From Escherichia coli (GTDB lineage Bacteria; Pseudomonadota; Gammaproteobacteria; Enterobacterales; Enterobacteriaceae), in assembly GCF_041248615.1 (NCBI RefSeq), contig NZ_CP158426.1: a stretch of 64,000 nt of DNA. One strand, written 5' to 3'. The notes under the pieces are model-generated. The model was not told where the DNA came from. It ran no database searches and worked only from the letters and a program-made list of their open reading frames with translations. Shown here piece after piece: positions 1-12,942 of this stretch. A program made the translations under genes and the position numbers. Each line of letters starts with the position of its first letter. Position 1 is the stretch's first letter.

Positions 1-884
1 GCCGTGACCAGGCAGGCGATGAAGATTAACGCCGCCAGCAGGAAGCTACCGCCGCCGCCAAAGGTATGCTGAACGTAAGCATGCAGAATAGCAGCGCCGT
101 TTGCAGACTGATCGACCAGCGACGCGCTGTCTGAACCCAGACGGAACAGCGCCAGGTACAGCAGAGTCAGACCAACACCCGCCATCAGGCCAGCCCAGAC
201 GGTATAACGGGTCAGCAGACGCGCTTCGGTAACGCCACGAGAACGCGCCGCGTTAACAATAACGATACCAAACACCATTGCGCCCAGCGTATCCATGGTC
301 AGATAGCCGTTAACGAAGCCGTTAGAAAACGCAGCGTTTTGATAAGCCTCAGTCGCCGTGCTGATAGAACCCGCCGGCCAGACAATCGCGGCAACAGACA
401 GGATGACCAGCGCGATAATTTTCAGCGGCGCAAGGAAGTTGCCCACGGTATCCAGCAGTTTGCCCGGATAGAGCGAAACCAGAATAACGATAGCGAAATA
501 AACCAGGCTGTAGATAAACAGCGGCAGTGCGGAATCACCCGTCAGCGGCGCAATGCCCACTTCAAAAGAAACGGTAGCTGTACGCGGCGTAGCGAAAAGC
601 GGCCCCACCGCCAGGTAACACACCGTTGCCAGCAGTACGCCAGCGACTTTACCGATTGGCGTGCTGAGGCTGTCAACACCGCCGCCAACTTTTGCCAGCG
701 CCACTACCGTTAATACCGGCAGGCCAACGGCAGTAATGAGGAAGCCGAATGCCGCAGTCCAGACGTGTTCGCCTGCCTGTAAGCCGACCATTGGAGGGAA
801 AATAATGTTACCTGCGCCGACGAACAACGCAAATGTCATAAAGCCCAGAGCGATGATATCGCGCGATCTTAATTGATGGGTCAT
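1..884 (-). CDS. brnQ: Branched-chain amino acid transport carrier BrnQ, N-terminal part (gene runs off the window start)
   Basis: Reverse-strand ATG at 882-884; translation [26 protein letters not shown]... is the BrnQ N-terminus; frame stays open to position 1. Confidence 0.9.
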   Translation of the reverse strand, partial: MTHQLRSRDIIALGFMTFALFVGAGNIIFPPMVGLQAGEHVWTAAFGFLITAVGLPVLTVVALAKVGGGVDSLSTPIGKVAGVLLATVCYLAVGPLFATPRTATVSFEVGIAPLTGDSALPLFIYSLVYFAIVILVSLYPGKLLDTVGNFLAPLKIIALVILSVAAIVWPAGSISTATEAYQNAAFSNGFVNGYLTMDTLGAMVFGIVIVNAARSRGVTEARLLTRYTVWAGLMAGVGLTLLYLALFRLGSDSASLVDQSANGAAILHAYVQHTFGGGGSFLLAALIFIACLVT

Positions 885-1235
885 AAATCATACTGCCTGT
901 GGATGTGGTGTTGTAACGTTAAATTTTTGTGCCAATCCCTGGGGATGATACAGCGGTATATTTAAACAATTTTAGCGGGAAATACTCCCAACCAGGCGCG
1001 GCGAAGAATAGTTTTTCGATTTACCGCGTGAATGCAGTCAGTATGACAGCACCTGAAGCGCAATTTAAACGCTTATAACGTTTTAAAGCAAGAAGGGATC
1101 TAAAAACCAGAGGTATATAGCGATAAGAAATCACCAACCAGTATAAAACACTATTTCCGTGAAAAAGACATGGCTAATCATGCGAACAAAAAATCACCAA
1201 CCGTTGTAAAATCTAACGCCTGTATTTTGACTGCA

Positions 1236-1263
1236 AAGAAAATAAGCCAGCATCGGCTGGCTT
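1236..1263 (-). terminator. Rho-independent terminator downstream of phoR
   Basis: Perfect 8-bp stem aagccagc/gctggctt (1244-1263) with 4-nt loop; on the minus strand it is followed by a T-rich run, about 30 nt past the phoR stop. Confidence 0.55.
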
Positions 1264-1290
1264 ATGGCAATAAAAGATGACAAAGGCGGA

Positions 1291-2586
1291 TTAATCGCTG
1301 TTTTTGGCAATTAAACGTTCCGGGATAACAAAACTGAAACGTGTTCCTTTTCCTACTGTACTCTCAATATTCAGGCGACTTTCGTGATGATTCACCGCAT
1401 GTTTCACGATCGCTAACCCTAATCCGCTACCGCCGGTTTGCCGGGAACGCGCTTTATCAACGCGATAAAAACGCTCGGTCAGGCGCGGAATATGCTCCGG
1501 TGCAATGCCCGGTCCGTTATCTTCAACGCTAAATTCGGCACCGTGCGGCACTCGCTGCCAGCTTACGGTGATATGCGTGCCTTCCGGCGTATGATTTACG
1601 GCGTTATAGACCAGGTTCGAAATCGCACTGCGTAGCTGATCTTCGTTGCCAGACACCTTGAGGCCGTTATCTATCTCAAAGGTAAATGTCTGTTTTTTCT
1701 GACTCAGAGTCTGAGCCTCGCGCTCAACAACGCGCAGCATCATTGGCACATCAACCTTTTCATTGAGCAAATGCGTCGGTGCGGCTTCTATTTTCGACAG
1801 CGTCAGCAACTGCTTCACCAGCCCTTCCATCCGCTGGGTCTGCTCGCGCATGGTGTGCAACGCTTTTTCACGTACCGCGCCTTCCAGCGGTTGCTCATCC
1901 ATCATCTCCAGGTAACCCTGTAACACGGTCAATGGCGTACGTAACTCATGGCTCACGTTGGCAAAAAAGTTACGCCGCGCCCCTTCCAGTTGATGCATTT
2001 GCGTGACATCACGCGCCACCATCAGCAACTGTTTGTGGGTATAAGGCATGACGCGAATTTCCAGATGCCGCCCGGTGTTGAGCACCAGATTAAGCGGGCG
2101 AGAAAAATCACGCGTTTTCAGATATTGCGTAAACTCCGGGTAACGCAGCAAGTTAAGGATGTTCTGCCCGTTATCTTCCGGCCAGCGCAAGCCAAGAATC
2201 TGTTGCGCCAGACCGTTGCACCAGAAAATACCGCCCTCTTCCGTGGTCAGCACCACCGCGTCGGGCAGCGACTCCGCGCCGCTACGAAAGCGTTTAATCA
2301 GATTGCCCAGTTCGCGGCGGCGTTTTTTATTTCGCAACTGCATCTGGTGTAATCCGTATAGCAGCGGTTCCCAGCTACCACGTCCCGGTGGCGGGGTCAT
2401 ACTACGATCCACCCACAGCCACCATGAAAGGCGCAATAAATTCCAGAAATGCCAGATAAGCAGTCCTGTTACCGATGCCAGCAAAAACCAGGGCAGGTAA
2501 CCAAAAAATGCACCCAGGATGAAAGCCGGGAGGCAGCAAAGTAGCAGCTCCAGCACCAGCCTTTTCCACGACAGCCGTTCCAGCAC
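1291..2586 (-). CDS. phoR: Phosphate regulon sensor histidine kinase PhoR
   Basis: 431-aa ORF; H-box [12 protein letters not shown] and HATPase region; directly downstream of phoB as in the phoBR operon. Confidence 0.96.
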   Translation of the reverse strand: MLERLSWKRLVLELLLCCLPAFILGAFFGYLPWFLLASVTGLLIWHFWNLLRLSWWLWVDRSMTPPPGRGSWEPLLYGLHQMQLRNKKRRRELGNLIKRFRSGAESLPDAVVLTTEEGGIFWCNGLAQQILGLRWPEDNGQNILNLLRYPEFTQYLKTRDFSRPLNLVLNTGRHLEIRVMPYTHKQLLMVARDVTQMHQLEGARRNFFANVSHELRTPLTVLQGYLEMMDEQPLEGAVREKALHTMREQTQRMEGLVKQLLTLSKIEAAPTHLLNEKVDVPMMLRVVEREAQTLSQKKQTFTFEIDNGLKVSGNEDQLRSAISNLVYNAVNHTPEGTHITVSWQRVPHGAEFSVEDNGPGIAPEHIPRLTERFYRVDKARSRQTGGSGLGLAIVKHAVNHHESRLNIESTVGKGTRFSFVIPERLIAKNSD

Positions 2587-2643
2587 GTAAGATACTCCAG
2601 TTAAGAATTCATAAGCCCTGCTCTGCGTCCGATGAGCAAGGCG

Positions 2644-3333
2644 TTAAAAGCGGGTTGAAAAACGATATCCTGTACCGCGCACGGTCTGCACCATGCGGTC
2701 ATGCCCGCCGGGCTCCAGTGCTTTACGCAGGCGACGAATGTGGACATCGACTGTACGATCTTCCACATACACGTTGGTTCCCCAGACGTGGTTTAACAGC
2801 TGCTCGCGGCTGTACACGCGCTCAGGATGCGTCATAAAAAAGTGCAGCAGTTTAAATTCTGTCGGCCCCATCTCCAGTGGCTCTTCGCCCGCCATCACCC
2901 GGTGAGATGTCGGGTCGAGGCTTAGCCCCTGCATCTCGATCACCTCTTCCACCGCCATTGGCGAAATACGGCGCATTACCGCTTTGATTCGCGCCACCAG
3001 CTCCTTCGGCGAAAACGGCTTGGTGATATAGTCATCCGCGCCGGTTTCAAGGCCGCGCACGCGATCTTCTTCTTCCCCTCTGGCGGTCAACATCACCACT
3101 GGAATATCCCGGGTCATCGACTCGCGCTTGAGGTGTTTGATGAACTGGATACCGGAGCCGCCAGGTAACATCCAGTCAAGGAGAATTAAATCCGGCCAGG
3201 GTTCATTCAGTTGATTCACAGCACTGTCATAATCTTCCGCTTCGACCGGCTGAAAGCCATTTTGTTCGAGCACGAAGCAGACCATTTCGCGAATTGGAGC
3301 TTCATCTTCTACGACCAGAATACGTCTCGCCAT
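2644..3333 (-). CDS. phoB: Phosphate regulon response regulator PhoB
   Basis: 229-aa [21 protein letters not shown]...; receiver domain plus OmpR-type winged helix. Confidence 0.97.
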
Positions 3334-3385
3334 GATTTGCCCTGTTGTAATAAATAGGTTGCGATCATTAATGCGACGTCATTAT

Positions 3386-3415
3386 GCGTCAGATTTATGA
3401 CAGATTTATGAAAAG
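3386..3415 (-). promoter_or_regulatory. Pho box (PhoB binding site) of the phoB promoter
   Basis: Minus-strand sequence ttttcataaatctgtcataaatctgac carries tandem CTGTCATA-type repeats about 50 bp upstream of the phoB start. Confidence 0.7.
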
Positions 3416-3522
3416 CTCGTCGCACATATCTTCAGGTTATTGATTTCCGTGGCGCAGAAAAAAGCAAATGGCACATCTGTTTGGGTATAATCGCGCCCAT
3501 GCTTTTTCGCCAGGGAACCGTT

Positions 3523-4725
3523 ATGCGCATCCTTCACACCTCAGACTGGCATCTCGGCCAGAACTTCTACAGTAAAAGCCGCGAAGCTGAACATCAGGCT
3601 TTTCTTGACTGGCTGCTGGAGACAGCACAAACCCATCAGGTGGATGCGATTATTGTTGCCGGTGATGTTTTCGATACCGGCTCGCCCCCCAGTTACGCCC
3701 GCACGTTATACAACCGTTTTGTTGTCAATTTACAGCAAACTGGCTGTCATCTGGTGGTACTGGCAGGAAACCATGACTCGGTCGCCACGCTAAATGAATC
3801 GCGCGATATCATGGCGTTCCTCAATACTACCGTGGTCGCCAGCGCCGGACATGCGCCGCAAATCTTGCCTCGTCGCGACGGGACGCCAGGCGCAGTGCTG
3901 TGCCCCATTCCGTTTTTACGCCCACGTGACATTATTACCAGCCAGGCGGGGCTTAACGGTATTGAAAAACAGCAGCATTTGCTGGCGGCTATTACTGATT
4001 ATTATCAACAACACTATGCCGATGCCTGCAAACTGCGCGGCGATCAGCCTCTACCCATCATCGCCACGGGACATTTAACAACTGTGGGTGCCAGTAAAAG
4101 TGATGCTGTGCGTGACATCTATATTGGCACGCTGGACGCGTTTCCGGCACAAAACTTTCCACCAGCCGACTACATCGCGCTCGGGCATATTCACCGCGCG
4201 CAGATTATTGGCGGCATGGAACATGTTCGCTATTGCGGTTCCCCCATACCACTGAGTTTTGATGAATGCGGTAAGAGTAAATATGTCCATCTGGTGACAT
4301 TTTCAAACGGTAAATTAGAGAGCGTGGAAAACCTGAACGTACCGGTAACGCAACCCATGGCGGTGCTGAAAGGCGATCTGGCGTCGATTACCGCACAGCT
4401 GGAACAGTGGCGCGATGTATCACAGGAGCCGCCTGTCTGGCTGGATATCGAAATCACTACTGATGAGTATCTGCATGATATTCAGCGCAAAATCCAGGCA
4501 TTAACCGAATCATTGCCTGTCGAAGTATTGCTGGTACGCCGGAGTCGTGAACAGCGCGAGCGAGTGTTAGCCAGCCAACAGCGTGAAACCCTCAGCGAAC
4601 TCAGCGTCGAAGAGGTGTTCAATCGCCGTCTGGCACTGGAAGAACTGGATGAATCGCAGCAGCAACGTCTGCAGCATCTTTTCACCACGACGTTGCATAC
4701 CCTCGCCGGAGAACACGAAGCATGA
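3523..4725 (+). CDS. sbcD: DNA repair nuclease SbcD (Mre11 family)
   Basis: ORF track 3481-4725; start placed at ATG 3523 ([13 protein letters not shown], giving 400 aa); phosphoesterase motifs DWH, GDVFD, GNHD; stop overlaps sbcC start (ATGA). Confidence 0.95.
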   Translation: MRILHTSDWHLGQNFYSKSREAEHQAFLDWLLETAQTHQVDAIIVAGDVFDTGSPPSYARTLYNRFVVNLQQTGCHLVVLAGNHDSVATLNESRDIMAFLNTTVVASAGHAPQILPRRDGTPGAVLCPIPFLRPRDIITSQAGLNGIEKQQHLLAAITDYYQQHYADACKLRGDQPLPIIATGHLTTVGASKSDAVRDIYIGTLDAFPAQNFPPADYIALGHIHRAQIIGGMEHVRYCGSPIPLSFDECGKSKYVHLVTFSNGKLESVENLNVPVTQPMAVLKGDLASITAQLEQWRDVSQEPPVWLDIEITTDEYLHDIQRKIQALTESLPVEVLLVRRSREQRERVLASQQRETLSELSVEEVFNRRLALEELDESQQQRLQHLFTTTLHTLAGEHEA

Positions 4726-7700
4726 AAATTCTCAGCCTGCGCCTGAAAAACCTGAACTCATTAAAAGGCGAATGGAAGATTGATTTCACCCGCGAGCCGT
4801 TCGCCAGCAACGGGCTGTTTGCCATTACCGGCCCAACCGGTGCGGGGAAAACCACCCTGCTGGACGCCATTTGTCTGGCGCTGTATCACGAAACTCCGCG
4901 CCTTTCTAACGTTTCACAATCGCAAAATGATCTCATGACCCGCGATACCGCCGAATGTCTGGCGGAGGTGGAGTTTGAAGTGAAAGGTGAAGCGTATCGC
5001 GCGTTCTGGAGCCAGAATCGGGCGCGTAACCAGCCGGACGGTAATTTGCAGGTGCCACGCGTAGAGCTGGCGCGCTGCGCCGATGGCAAAATTCTCGCCG
5101 ACAAAGTGAAAGATAAGCTGGAACTGACGGCGACGTTAACCGGACTGGATTACGGGCGCTTCACCCGTTCGATGCTGCTTTCGCAGGGGCAATTTGCTGC
5201 CTTCCTGAATGCCAAACCCAAAGAACGCGCGGAATTGCTCGAGGAGTTAACCGGCACTGAAATCTACGGACAAATCTCGTCGATGGTGTTTGAGCAGCAC
5301 AAATCGGCCCGCACAGAGCTGGAGAAGCTGCAAGCGCAGGCCAGCGGCGTCGCGTTGCTCATGCCAGAACAAGTGCAATCGCTGACAGAAAGTTTGCAGG
5401 TACTCACTGACGAAGAAAAACAGTTACTTACCGCGCAGCAGCAAGAACAACAATCGCTAAACTGGTTAACGCGTCTGGACGAATTGCAGCAAGAAGCCAG
5501 CCGCCGTCAACAGGCCTTGCAACAGGCGTTAGCCGAAGAAGAAAAAGCGCAACCTCAACTGGCGGCGCTCAGTCTGGCCCAACCGGCACGAAATCTTCGT
5601 CCGCACTGGGAACGCATCGCAGAACACAGCGCGGCGCTGGCGCATACTCGCCAGCAGATTAAAGAAGTAAATACTCGCTTACAGAGCACAATGGCGCTTC
5701 GCGCGAGCATTCGCCACCACGCGGCGAAGCAGTCAGCAGAATTACAGCAGCAGCAACAAAGCCTGAATGCCTGGCTACAGGAACACGACCGCTTCCGTCA
5801 GTGGAACAACGAACTGGCGGGTTGGCGTGCGAAGTTCTCCCAACAAACCAGCGATCGCGAGCATCTGCGGCAATGGCAGCAACAGTTAACCCATGCTGAG
5901 CAAAAACTTAATGCGCTTGCGGCGATCACATTGACGTTATCCGCCGATGAAGTTGCTAGCGCCCTGGCGCAACATGCTGAGCAACGCACGCTGCGTCAGC
6001 GCCTGGTCGCGCTGCATGGACAGATTGTTCCCCAACAAAAACGCCTGGCGCAATTACAGGTCGCTATCCAGAATGTCACGCAAGAACAGACGCAACGTAA
6101 CGCCGCACTTAACGAAATGCGCCAGCGTTATAAAGAAAAGACGCAGCAACTTGCCGATGTCAAAACCATTTGCGAGCAGGAAGCGCGTATTAAAACGCTG
6201 GAAGCCCAGCGCGCGCAGTTACAGGCGGGTCAGCCTTGTCCACTTTGTGGTTCCACCAGCCACCCGGCGGTCGAGGCGTATCAGGCGCTGGAACCGGGCG
6301 TTAATCAGGCCCGGCTATTAACGCTGGAAAAAGAAGTGAAAAAGCTCGGCGAAGAAGGTGCGGCGCTACGTGGGCAACTGGATGCATTAACGAAGCAGCT
6401 TCAGCGCGATGAAAACGAAGCGCAAAGCCTCCGACAAGATGAGCAAGCACTTACTCAACAATGGCAAGCCGTCACGGCCAGCCTCAATATCACCCTGCAG
6501 CCACAGGACGATATTCAACCGTGGCTAGATGAACAAGATGAGCACGAACGCCAGCTGCGGTTACTCAACCAACGGCATGAATTACAAGGGCAGATTGCCG
6601 CGCATAATCAGCAAATTATCCAGTATCAACAGCAAATTGAACAACGCCAGCAGCAACTCTTAACGGCATTGGCGGGTTATGCACTGACATTGCCACAGGA
6701 AGGTGAAGAAGAGAGCTGGTTGGCGACGCGTCAGCAAGAAGCGCAGAGCTGGCAGCAACGCCAGAACGAATTAACCGCGCTGCAAAACCGTATGCAGCAG
6801 CTGACGCCGATTCTGGAAACGTTGCCGCAAAGTGATGAACTCCCACACAGCGAAGAAACTGTGGCGCTGGAAAACTGGCGGCAGGTTCATGAACAATGTC
6901 TCGCATTACACAGCCAGCAGCAGACGTTACAGCAACAGGATGTTCTGGCGGCGCAAAGTCTGCAAAAAGCCCAGGCGCAGTTTGACACCGCGCTACAGGC
7001 CAGCGTCTTTGACGATCAGCAGGCGTTCCTTGCGGCGCTAATGAATGAACAAACACTAACCCAACTGGAACAGCTCAAGCAGAATCTGGAAAACCAGCGC
7101 CGTCAGGCGCAAACGCTGGTCACTCAGACAGCTGAAACGCTGGCACAGCATCAGCAACACCGACCTGACGGGTTGGCTCTCACTGTAACGGTGGAGCAGA
7201 TTCAGCAAGAGTTAGCGCAAACTCACCAAAAGTTGCGTGAAAACACCACCAGTCAGGGCGAGATTCGCCAGCAGCTGAAGCAGGATGCAGATAACCGTCA
7301 GCAACAACAGACCTTAATGCAGCAAATTGCTCAAATGACGCAGCAGGTTGAGGACTGGGGATATCTGAATTCGCTAATAGGTTCCAAAGAGGGCGATAAA
7401 TTCCGCAAGTTTGCCCAAGGACTGACGCTGGATAATTTAGTCCATCTCGCTAATCAGCAACTTACCCGGCTGCACGGGCGCTATCTGTTACAGCGCAAAG
7501 CCAGCGAGGCGCTGGAAGTCGAGGTTGTTGATACCTGGCAGGCAGATGCGGTACGCGATACCCGTACCCTTTCCGGTGGCGAGAGTTTCCTCGTCAGTCT
7601 GGCGCTGGCACTGGCGCTTTCAGATCTGGTCAGCCATAAAACGCGTATTGACTCGCTGTTCCTTGATGAAGGTTTTGGCACGCTGGATAGCGAAACGCTG

Positions 7701-7865
7701 GATACCGCCCTTGATGCGCTGGATGCCCTGAACGCCAGTGGCAAAACCATTGGTGTGATTAGCCACGTAGAAGCGATGAAAGAGCGTATTCCGGTGCAGA
7801 TCAAAGTGAAAAAGATCAACGGCCTGGGCTACAGCAAACTGGAAAGTACGTTTGCAGTGAAATAA
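4722..7865 (+). CDS. sbcC: DNA repair ATPase SbcC (Rad50 family)
   Basis: 1047-aa ORF; Walker A GPTGAGKT, long Gln-rich coiled coil, CPLCGS zinc hook, C-terminal [17 protein letters not shown] signature and [10 protein letters not shown]. Confidence 0.96.
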   Translation: MKILSLRLKNLNSLKGEWKIDFTREPFASNGLFAITGPTGAGKTTLLDAICLALYHETPRLSNVSQSQNDLMTRDTAECLAEVEFEVKGEAYRAFWSQNRARNQPDGNLQVPRVELARCADGKILADKVKDKLELTATLTGLDYGRFTRSMLLSQGQFAAFLNAKPKERAELLEELTGTEIYGQISSMVFEQHKSARTELEKLQAQASGVALLMPEQVQSLTESLQVLTDEEKQLLTAQQQEQQSLNWLTRLDELQQEASRRQQALQQALAEEEKAQPQLAALSLAQPARNLRPHWERIAEHSAALAHTRQQIKEVNTRLQSTMALRASIRHHAAKQSAELQQQQQSLNAWLQEHDRFRQWNNELAGWRAKFSQQTSDREHLRQWQQQLTHAEQKLNALAAITLTLSADEVASALAQHAEQRTLRQRLVALHGQIVPQQKRLAQLQVAIQNVTQEQTQRNAALNEMRQRYKEKTQQLADVKTICEQEARIKTLEAQRAQLQAGQPCPLCGSTSHPAVEAYQALEPGVNQARLLTLEKEVKKLGEEGAALRGQLDALTKQLQRDENEAQSLRQDEQALTQQWQAVTASLNITLQPQDDIQPWLDEQDEHERQLRLLNQRHELQGQIAAHNQQIIQYQQQIEQRQQQLLTALAGYALTLPQEGEEESWLATRQQEAQSWQQRQNELTALQNRMQQLTPILETLPQSDELPHSEETVALENWRQVHEQCLALHSQQQTLQQQDVLAAQSLQKAQAQFDTALQASVFDDQQAFLAALMNEQTLTQLEQLKQNLENQRRQAQTLVTQTAETLAQHQQHRPDGLALTVTVEQIQQELAQTHQKLRENTTSQGEIRQQLKQDADNRQQQQTLMQQIAQMTQQVEDWGYLNSLIGSKEGDKFRKFAQGLTLDNLVHLANQQLTRLHGRYLLQRKASEALEVEVVDTWQADAVRDTRTLSGGESFLVSLALALALSDLVSHKTRIDSLFLDEGFGTLDSETLDTALDALDALNASGKTIGVISHVEAMKERIPVQIKVKKINGLGYSKLESTFAVK

Positions 7866-7990
7866 CTATTCAGCAGGATAATGAATACAGAGGGGCGAAT
7901 TATCTCTTGGCCTTGCTGGTCGTTATCCTGCAAGCTATCACTTTATTGGCTACGGTGATTGGTAGCCGTTCTGGTGGTTGTGATGGTGGT

Positions 7991-9175
7991 ATGAAAAAAG
8001 TCATTTTATCTTTGGCTCTGGGCACGTTTGGTTTGGGGATGGCCGAATTTGGCATTATGGGCGTGCTCACGGAGCTGGCGCATAACGTAGGAATTTCGAT
8101 TCCTGCTGCCGGGCATATGATCTCGTATTATGCGCTGGGGGTGGTGGTCGGTGCGCCAATCATCGCCCTCTTTTCCAGTCGCTACTCGCTCAAACATATC
8201 TTGTTGTTTCTGGTGGCGTTGTGCGTCATTGGCAACGCCATGTTCACGCTCTCTTCGTCTTACCTGATGCTCGCCATTAGTCGGCTGGTTTCCGGCTTTC
8301 CGCATGGCGCATTTTTTGGCGTCGGCGCGATCGTGTTATCAAAAATTATCAAACCCGGCAAAGTCACCGCCGCCGTGGCGGGGATGGTTTCCGGGATGAC
8401 AGTCGCCAATTTGCTGGGCATTCCGCTGGGAACGTATTTAAGTCAGGAATTTAGCTGGCGTTACACCTTTTTATTGATCGCTGTTTTTAATATTGCGGTG
8501 ATGGCATCGGTCTATTTTTGGGTGCCGGATATTCGCGACGAAGCGAAAGGAAAGCTACGCGAACAATTTCACTTTTTACACAGCCCGGCCCCGTGGTTAA
8601 TTTTCGCCGCCACCATGTTTGGCAACGCAGGTGTATTTGCCTGGTTCAGCTACGTAAAGCCATACATGATGTTTATTTCCGGTTTTTCGGAAACGGCGAT
8701 GACCTTTATTATGATGTTAGTGGGGCTAGGGATGGTGCTGGGGAATGTGCTAAGTGGCCGGATTTCAGGACGTTATTCACCACTGCGCATTGCAGCAGTG
8801 ACTGACTTTATCATTGTACTGGCACTGCTGATGCTCTTTTTCTGCGGCGGCATGAAAATAACGTCGCTTATTTTTGCTTTTATTTGTTGCGCGGGATTAT
8901 TTGCCCTTTCAGCACCTCTGCAAATATTGTTACTGCAAAACGCCAAAGGCGGAGAGTTATTAGGTGCCGCAGGTGGGCAAATAGCGTTTAACCTCGGTAG
9001 CGCCGTCGGCGCATATTGCGGTGGTATGATGCTGACGCTGGGGCTGGCATATAATTACGTGGCGCTGCCTGCCGCCCTGCTTTCGTTTGCTGCGATGTCG
9101 TCGTTGCTGCTGTATGGTCGCTATAAGCGCCAGCAAGCGGCGGATGGTCCGGTGCTGGCGAAACCACTGGGGTAG
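7991..9175 (+). CDS. araJ: MFS transporter AraJ
   Basis: ORF track 7907-9175; start placed at ATG 7991 (MKKVILSLALGTFGLGMAEFG, giving 394 aa); 12-TM MFS-like hydrophobic profile. Confidence 0.9.
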   Translation: MKKVILSLALGTFGLGMAEFGIMGVLTELAHNVGISIPAAGHMISYYALGVVVGAPIIALFSSRYSLKHILLFLVALCVIGNAMFTLSSSYLMLAISRLVSGFPHGAFFGVGAIVLSKIIKPGKVTAAVAGMVSGMTVANLLGIPLGTYLSQEFSWRYTFLLIAVFNIAVMASVYFWVPDIRDEAKGKLREQFHFLHSPAPWLIFAATMFGNAGVFAWFSYVKPYMMFISGFSETAMTFIMMLVGLGMVLGNVLSGRISGRYSPLRIAAVTDFIIVLALLMLFFCGGMKITSLIFAFICCAGLFALSAPLQILLLQNAKGGELLGAAGGQIAFNLGSAVGAYCGGMMLTLGLAYNYVALPAALLSFAAMSSLLLYGRYKRQQAADGPVLAKPLG

Positions 9176-9199
9176 ATTGCGGTCACGTTGCGCGTTGCT

Positions 9200-9302
9200 T
9201 ATTGCTGGATACGGCATGAACGCCTTATCCGCCCTACGCGGTTCTGGCACATTTTGTAGGCCTGATAAAACGCGGCAAGCGTCGCATCAGGCATGATGCG
9301 CC
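9200..9302. repeat. REP/BIME palindromic elements in the araJ-mak convergent intergenic region
   Basis: Typical REP units gctggatacggcatgaacgccttatccgccctacg and gcctgataaaacgcggcaagcgtcgcatcaggc with GCC(G/T)GATG-type arms. Confidence 0.8.
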
Positions 9303-9317
9303 AATTGCCTACGTTTT

Positions 9318-10226
9318 TTACTCTTGTGGCCATAACCACGCAGCGCCGCGTACGCCGCTGGAATCACCGTGCTTCGCCTTACGCACCGGCGTTTCACATT
9401 CGCCGCCGAAGACAAATTGTTTAATCAACTGCGGAACCGTTTGATATAAACGGTCTACATTGCTCATCCCGCCCCCCAGGACAATCACATCCGGATCGAG
9501 AATATTCACGACATGTGCCAGCGATTTCGCCAGCCGCAGCTCGTAGCGACGCAATGCCAGTTCCGCTACCGGATCGCTTTCTTCAACCAGGCGGATAATT
9601 TCACTGCCTTTCAGCGCATGTCCGCTCAAACGACGATAATCCGTCGCGAATCCCGTGCCCGAAATAAAGGTTTCAATACAACCTTGTTTACCGCAATAAC
9701 AAGGGACTTCCTCGCGATAACGCAGTTCGTCTTCGTCCATCCACGGTAGCGGATTGTGTCCCCACTCACCTGCCGTGCCATTGCCGCCGATATGCGCCCG
9801 CCCATTGAATGCCACGCCCGCGCCGCATCCCGTGCCGATAATCACGGCAAATACCGTCTGCGCTCCCGCTGCCGCGCCATCTACCGCTTCTGAAACCGCC
9901 AGACAGTTGGCGTCATTTGCCAACCGTACTTCCCGCTGCAACCGCGCGCTTAAGTCTTTATCGAATGGCTGACCGTTGAGCCAGGTTGAATTGGCATTCT
10001 TCACCACACCGGTGTAGGGCGAAATCGAACCTGGAATGCCCATACCTACCGTTCCGCGCTGCCCTGTCGCCTGCTCCGCCATATCAACCAACGTGGCGAT
10101 CGTTTCAATAGTCTGCTGGTAATCATCACGCGGCGTGGGCAGACGATGGCGGTACAACTGCTCCCCTGCATCGCCCAGTGCAATCACTTCAGTTTTGGTG
10201 CCGCCTAAATCGATACCTATACGCAC
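9318..10226 (-). CDS. mak: Manno(fructo)kinase Mak (ROK family)
   Basis: ORF track 9318-10364; start placed at GTG 10224-10226 ([14 protein letters not shown], giving 302 aa) with GGAG RBS upstream; ROK motifs including the CYCGKQGC zinc site. Confidence 0.92.
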   Translation of the reverse strand: MRIGIDLGGTKTEVIALGDAGEQLYRHRLPTPRDDYQQTIETIATLVDMAEQATGQRGTVGMGIPGSISPYTGVVKNANSTWLNGQPFDKDLSARLQREVRLANDANCLAVSEAVDGAAAGAQTVFAVIIGTGCGAGVAFNGRAHIGGNGTAGEWGHNPLPWMDEDELRYREEVPCYCGKQGCIETFISGTGFATDYRRLSGHALKGSEIIRLVEESDPVAELALRRYELRLAKSLAHVVNILDPDVIVLGGGMSNVDRLYQTVPQLIKQFVFGGECETPVRKAKHGDSSGVRGAAWLWPQE

Positions 10227-10350
10227 GGTACTCTCCTTATTTTTTTCAATATCAATAGCGTAGAGACGGACAACCGGATTGGCAATGCAAGGCCGCCGAC
10301 AATTCGTTATCATGCCCGCTAAATTTAACGACAAGGCCGTGGAAATTATC

Positions 10351-11262
10351 ATGCTGTGGTTCAAAAATTTAATGGTTTACCGTCTTAGCCGCGAGATTTC
10401 GCTGCGTGCAGAAGAGATGGAAAAACAGCTAGCCTCGATGGCATTTACCCCATGCGGCAGCCAGGACATGGCGAAGATGGGCTGGGTTCCTCCGATGGGA
10501 TCGCACAGCGATGCGTTAACGCACGTTGCCAATGGTCAAATTGTTATCTGCGCGCGCAAAGAAGAAAAAATCCTCCCGTCTCCGGTGATTAAACAGGCGC
10601 TGGAAGCGAAAATCTCCAAACTGGAAGCGGAACAGGCGCGTAAGCTGAAGAAAACCGAAAAAGATTCGCTGAAAGACGAAGTGCTGCATTCTCTGCTGCC
10701 GCGTGCTTTCAGCCGTTTTAGCCAGACAATGATGTGGATCGACACGGTTAACGGTTTGATTATGGTGGACTGCGCCAGTGCCAAAAAAGCGGAAGATACG
10801 CTGGCACTGCTGCGTAAAAGCCTGGGGTCGTTACCGGTTGTACCATTGAGCATGGAAAACCCGATTGAACTGACGCTGACCGAATGGGTACGTTCCGGCA
10901 GCGCGGCACAGGGCTTCCAGCTGCTTGATGAAGCCGAGCTGAAATCGTTGCTGGAAGATGGCGGCGTGATCCGCGCGAAGAAACAAGATCTGACCAGCGA
11001 AGAGATCACCAACCACATTGAAGCCGGAAAAGTGGTGACTAAACTGGCGCTCGACTGGCAGCAGCGCATTCAGTTTGTGATGTGCGACGATGGTTCGCTC
11101 AAGCGTCTGAAGTTCTGCGACGAGCTGCGCGATCAAAACGAAGATATCGACCGTGAAGATTTCGCCCAGCGTTTTGATGCCGATTTCATCCTGATGACTG
11201 GTGAACTGGCAGCGTTAATTCAAAACCTGATTGAAGGATTAGGTGGCGAAGCACAACGTTAA
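10351..11262 (+). CDS. rdgC: Recombination-associated protein RdgC
   Basis: ORF track 10279-11262; start placed at ATG 10351 ([16 protein letters not shown], giving 303 aa). Confidence 0.95.
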   Translation: MLWFKNLMVYRLSREISLRAEEMEKQLASMAFTPCGSQDMAKMGWVPPMGSHSDALTHVANGQIVICARKEEKILPSPVIKQALEAKISKLEAEQARKLKKTEKDSLKDEVLHSLLPRAFSRFSQTMMWIDTVNGLIMVDCASAKKAEDTLALLRKSLGSLPVVPLSMENPIELTLTEWVRSGSAAQGFQLLDEAELKSLLEDGGVIRAKKQDLTSEEITNHIEAGKVVTKLALDWQQRIQFVMCDDGSLKRLKFCDELRDQNEDIDREDFAQRFDADFILMTGELAALIQNLIEGLGGEAQR

Positions 11263-11280
11263 TTGCTGATTTACCTTTAA

Positions 11281-11314
11281 TGCCGGATGCGACGCCTGCC
11301 GCGTCTTATCCGGC
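11281..11314. repeat. REP element downstream of rdgC
   Basis: tgccggatgcgacgcctgccgcgtcttatccggc, a classic REP palindrome. Confidence 0.8.
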
Positions 11315-11419
11315 GTGCGAAGCTACACCAGGCATATAATTATTCGCTACGGCGGGCAATAATTTTTAGCGCAGCAATATTATGCGTTTTATGCTGTAAC
11401 TTGCTCCAGGGGCGTTGTG

Positions 11420-11701
11420 TCATTGTTTTTCCTCAAGCCGGTGACGCGCTTCACTGCGAATTTTTCGCGTTGCCCCGGTTTTCACTAAATCACGTAACAG
11501 CGAAAGATCGGGTTGTTCGACAAATAAGAGTAATGATGGATCCTCTTTTAACCACGCCGTTTTCACATCGGCAGCCAGCTGTGAATTATTAATAGCCAGC
11601 GACCGCTCCTGAGGCTCAGTCAATGTCGTTAACAACAACACCGGGGTATGTGCGTTGTGCAATGCCGTTTGGCGCAAATGATCATTGCGACTTTGCAGCA
11701 A
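11420..11701 (-). CDS. ykiA: Small hypothetical protein at the position of K-12 ykiA
   Basis: 93-aa ORF in the rdgC-ppnP gap where K-12 annotates ykiA; no recognisable motif; identity rests on synteny only. Confidence 0.45.
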   Translation of the reverse strand: MLQSRNDHLRQTALHNAHTPVLLLTTLTEPQERSLAINNSQLAADVKTAWLKEDPSLLLFVEQPDLSLLRDLVKTGATRKIRSEARHRLEEKQ

Positions 11702-11908
11702 TGCACGCCACCATTCATCATCTGATTTATCTTTTATCGTCGCCAGTTCCGCAACAATATCTGGAGATCTTCGCTGATATTTATATCAACCTTGATGAAT
11801 TATGAATATATCGGAAATCGAAAAAATCCCAGCAAAGGAAATATTATTATGGGTTAAAGAGAGGACATTTCAGATAAATGCCCTCCCGTTCAAGGGGAAG
11901 GCGAGGAA

Positions 11909-12193
11909 TTACAGATAGCGGCACAGATAAGAGGTGGGTTCGGCAACTTGCAGATGAAACTCGCTGTGACCGGGAACATTAAACACCGAACCGGCTTCAT
12001 ACACTTGCCAGTCGGTCGCGTCAGGCAGTAACACATTCAGCGCGCCACTGATTACCGTCATCTCTTCAGGCTCAGCGGTGCTGAAGGTGTATTCACCTTC
12101 AACCATAACACCCACGCTGGCGCGACCAGTGCTGCTGCTGGAAAAGCCGATCGATTTCACTTTGCCGGAAAAGTACTCATTACTTTGAAGCAT
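11909..12193 (-). CDS. ppnP: Pyrimidine/purine nucleoside phosphorylase PpnP (YaiE)
   Basis: 94-aa [20 protein letters not shown]...; matches PpnP/DUF1255. Confidence 0.93.
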
Positions 12194-12264
12194 AAACTGG
12201 CCCTGTCTGGTAGTTGAACATCTACTTCACTATAGGGGCCAGAGGCGCTGGCTGTCACGCAAAA

Positions 12265-12942
12265 TTACATCAGTAATTCCGCAGCCAGCCGTGCAATCAA
12301 TACGTTAGAGAGCAAAACAGGAACATCGAGCTGTTTTTGCAGTAAATCGCGATGACGCTGGTTAAATCCCAAACAATCCAGCATGATGACATCTGCACCT
12401 TTTTCCAGTAATTCTTTTCCGGCATCAATGATTTTTTGTTCCGAATCATGAATGGGGTTACCCAATGAAAATACTGGCGGTTTCTGCAAAATTTGCCATT
12501 TTTGCGCCTGAACGGTCAGCAACTCCTCAACCGGAACGATAACCCCCACCTGATGATCTTCAACAATAGAAGAAACCAGCGGAGGCAATATTCGCGACGG
12601 CTCAAGAAAGATCGTATTACGCGCAGTCATACTACTAATGTTTGCTGTACTCATTAATAAAATGACGTCATAACCCTGATTATCGAGCACTTCAACCACA
12701 CCTTGCAGGTCACGCTCCACTTTGCGACGCGAAACATGGGCCAGCTGGTTGTCATTTAATAATGTGAGAATTGTGTCTTCGCCTGCTTCTGGCGCGTACT
12801 CCGCCATCACTTCTTCGCGGCTTAACTTCCCCAGCAGGCTATGATGGGAAATATTATCTTCGTCAATGTATTCTGTCAGGAGCGGCAAAACTTCCTGCAT
12901 AGGTACAATGCCGATGGTCAGGATCGCCAACGACGCACTCAT
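12265..12942 (-). CDS. aroM: AroM protein (function unknown)
   Basis: 225-aa ORF at the 3' end of the aroL-yaiA-aroM operon. Confidence 0.92.
   Translation of the reverse strand: MSASLAILTIGIVPMQEVLPLLTEYIDEDNISHHSLLGKLSREEVMAEYAPEAGEDTILTLLNDNQLAHVSRRKVERDLQGVVEVLDNQGYDVILLMSTANISSMTARNTIFLEPSRILPPLVSSIVEDHQVGVIVPVEELLTVQAQKWQILQKPPVFSLGNPIHDSEQKIIDAGKELLEKGADVIMLDCLGFNQRHRDLLQKQLDVPVLLSNVLIARLAAELLM

Noticed and set aside
339-876. Two plus-strand ORFs (124 aa and 71 aa) at the window start
   Set aside because: Both lie inside and antisense to brnQ, whose minus-strand translation is unambiguous.
9200-9302. Clustered short palindromic repeats here and at 41553-41650, 60783-60865 and 63600-63665, considered as a possible CRISPR array
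   Set aside because: They are REP/BIME elements: imperfect palindromes of the GCCGGATGCGGCG type at operon junctions, without regularly spaced identical direct repeats, unique spacers or nearby cas genes.
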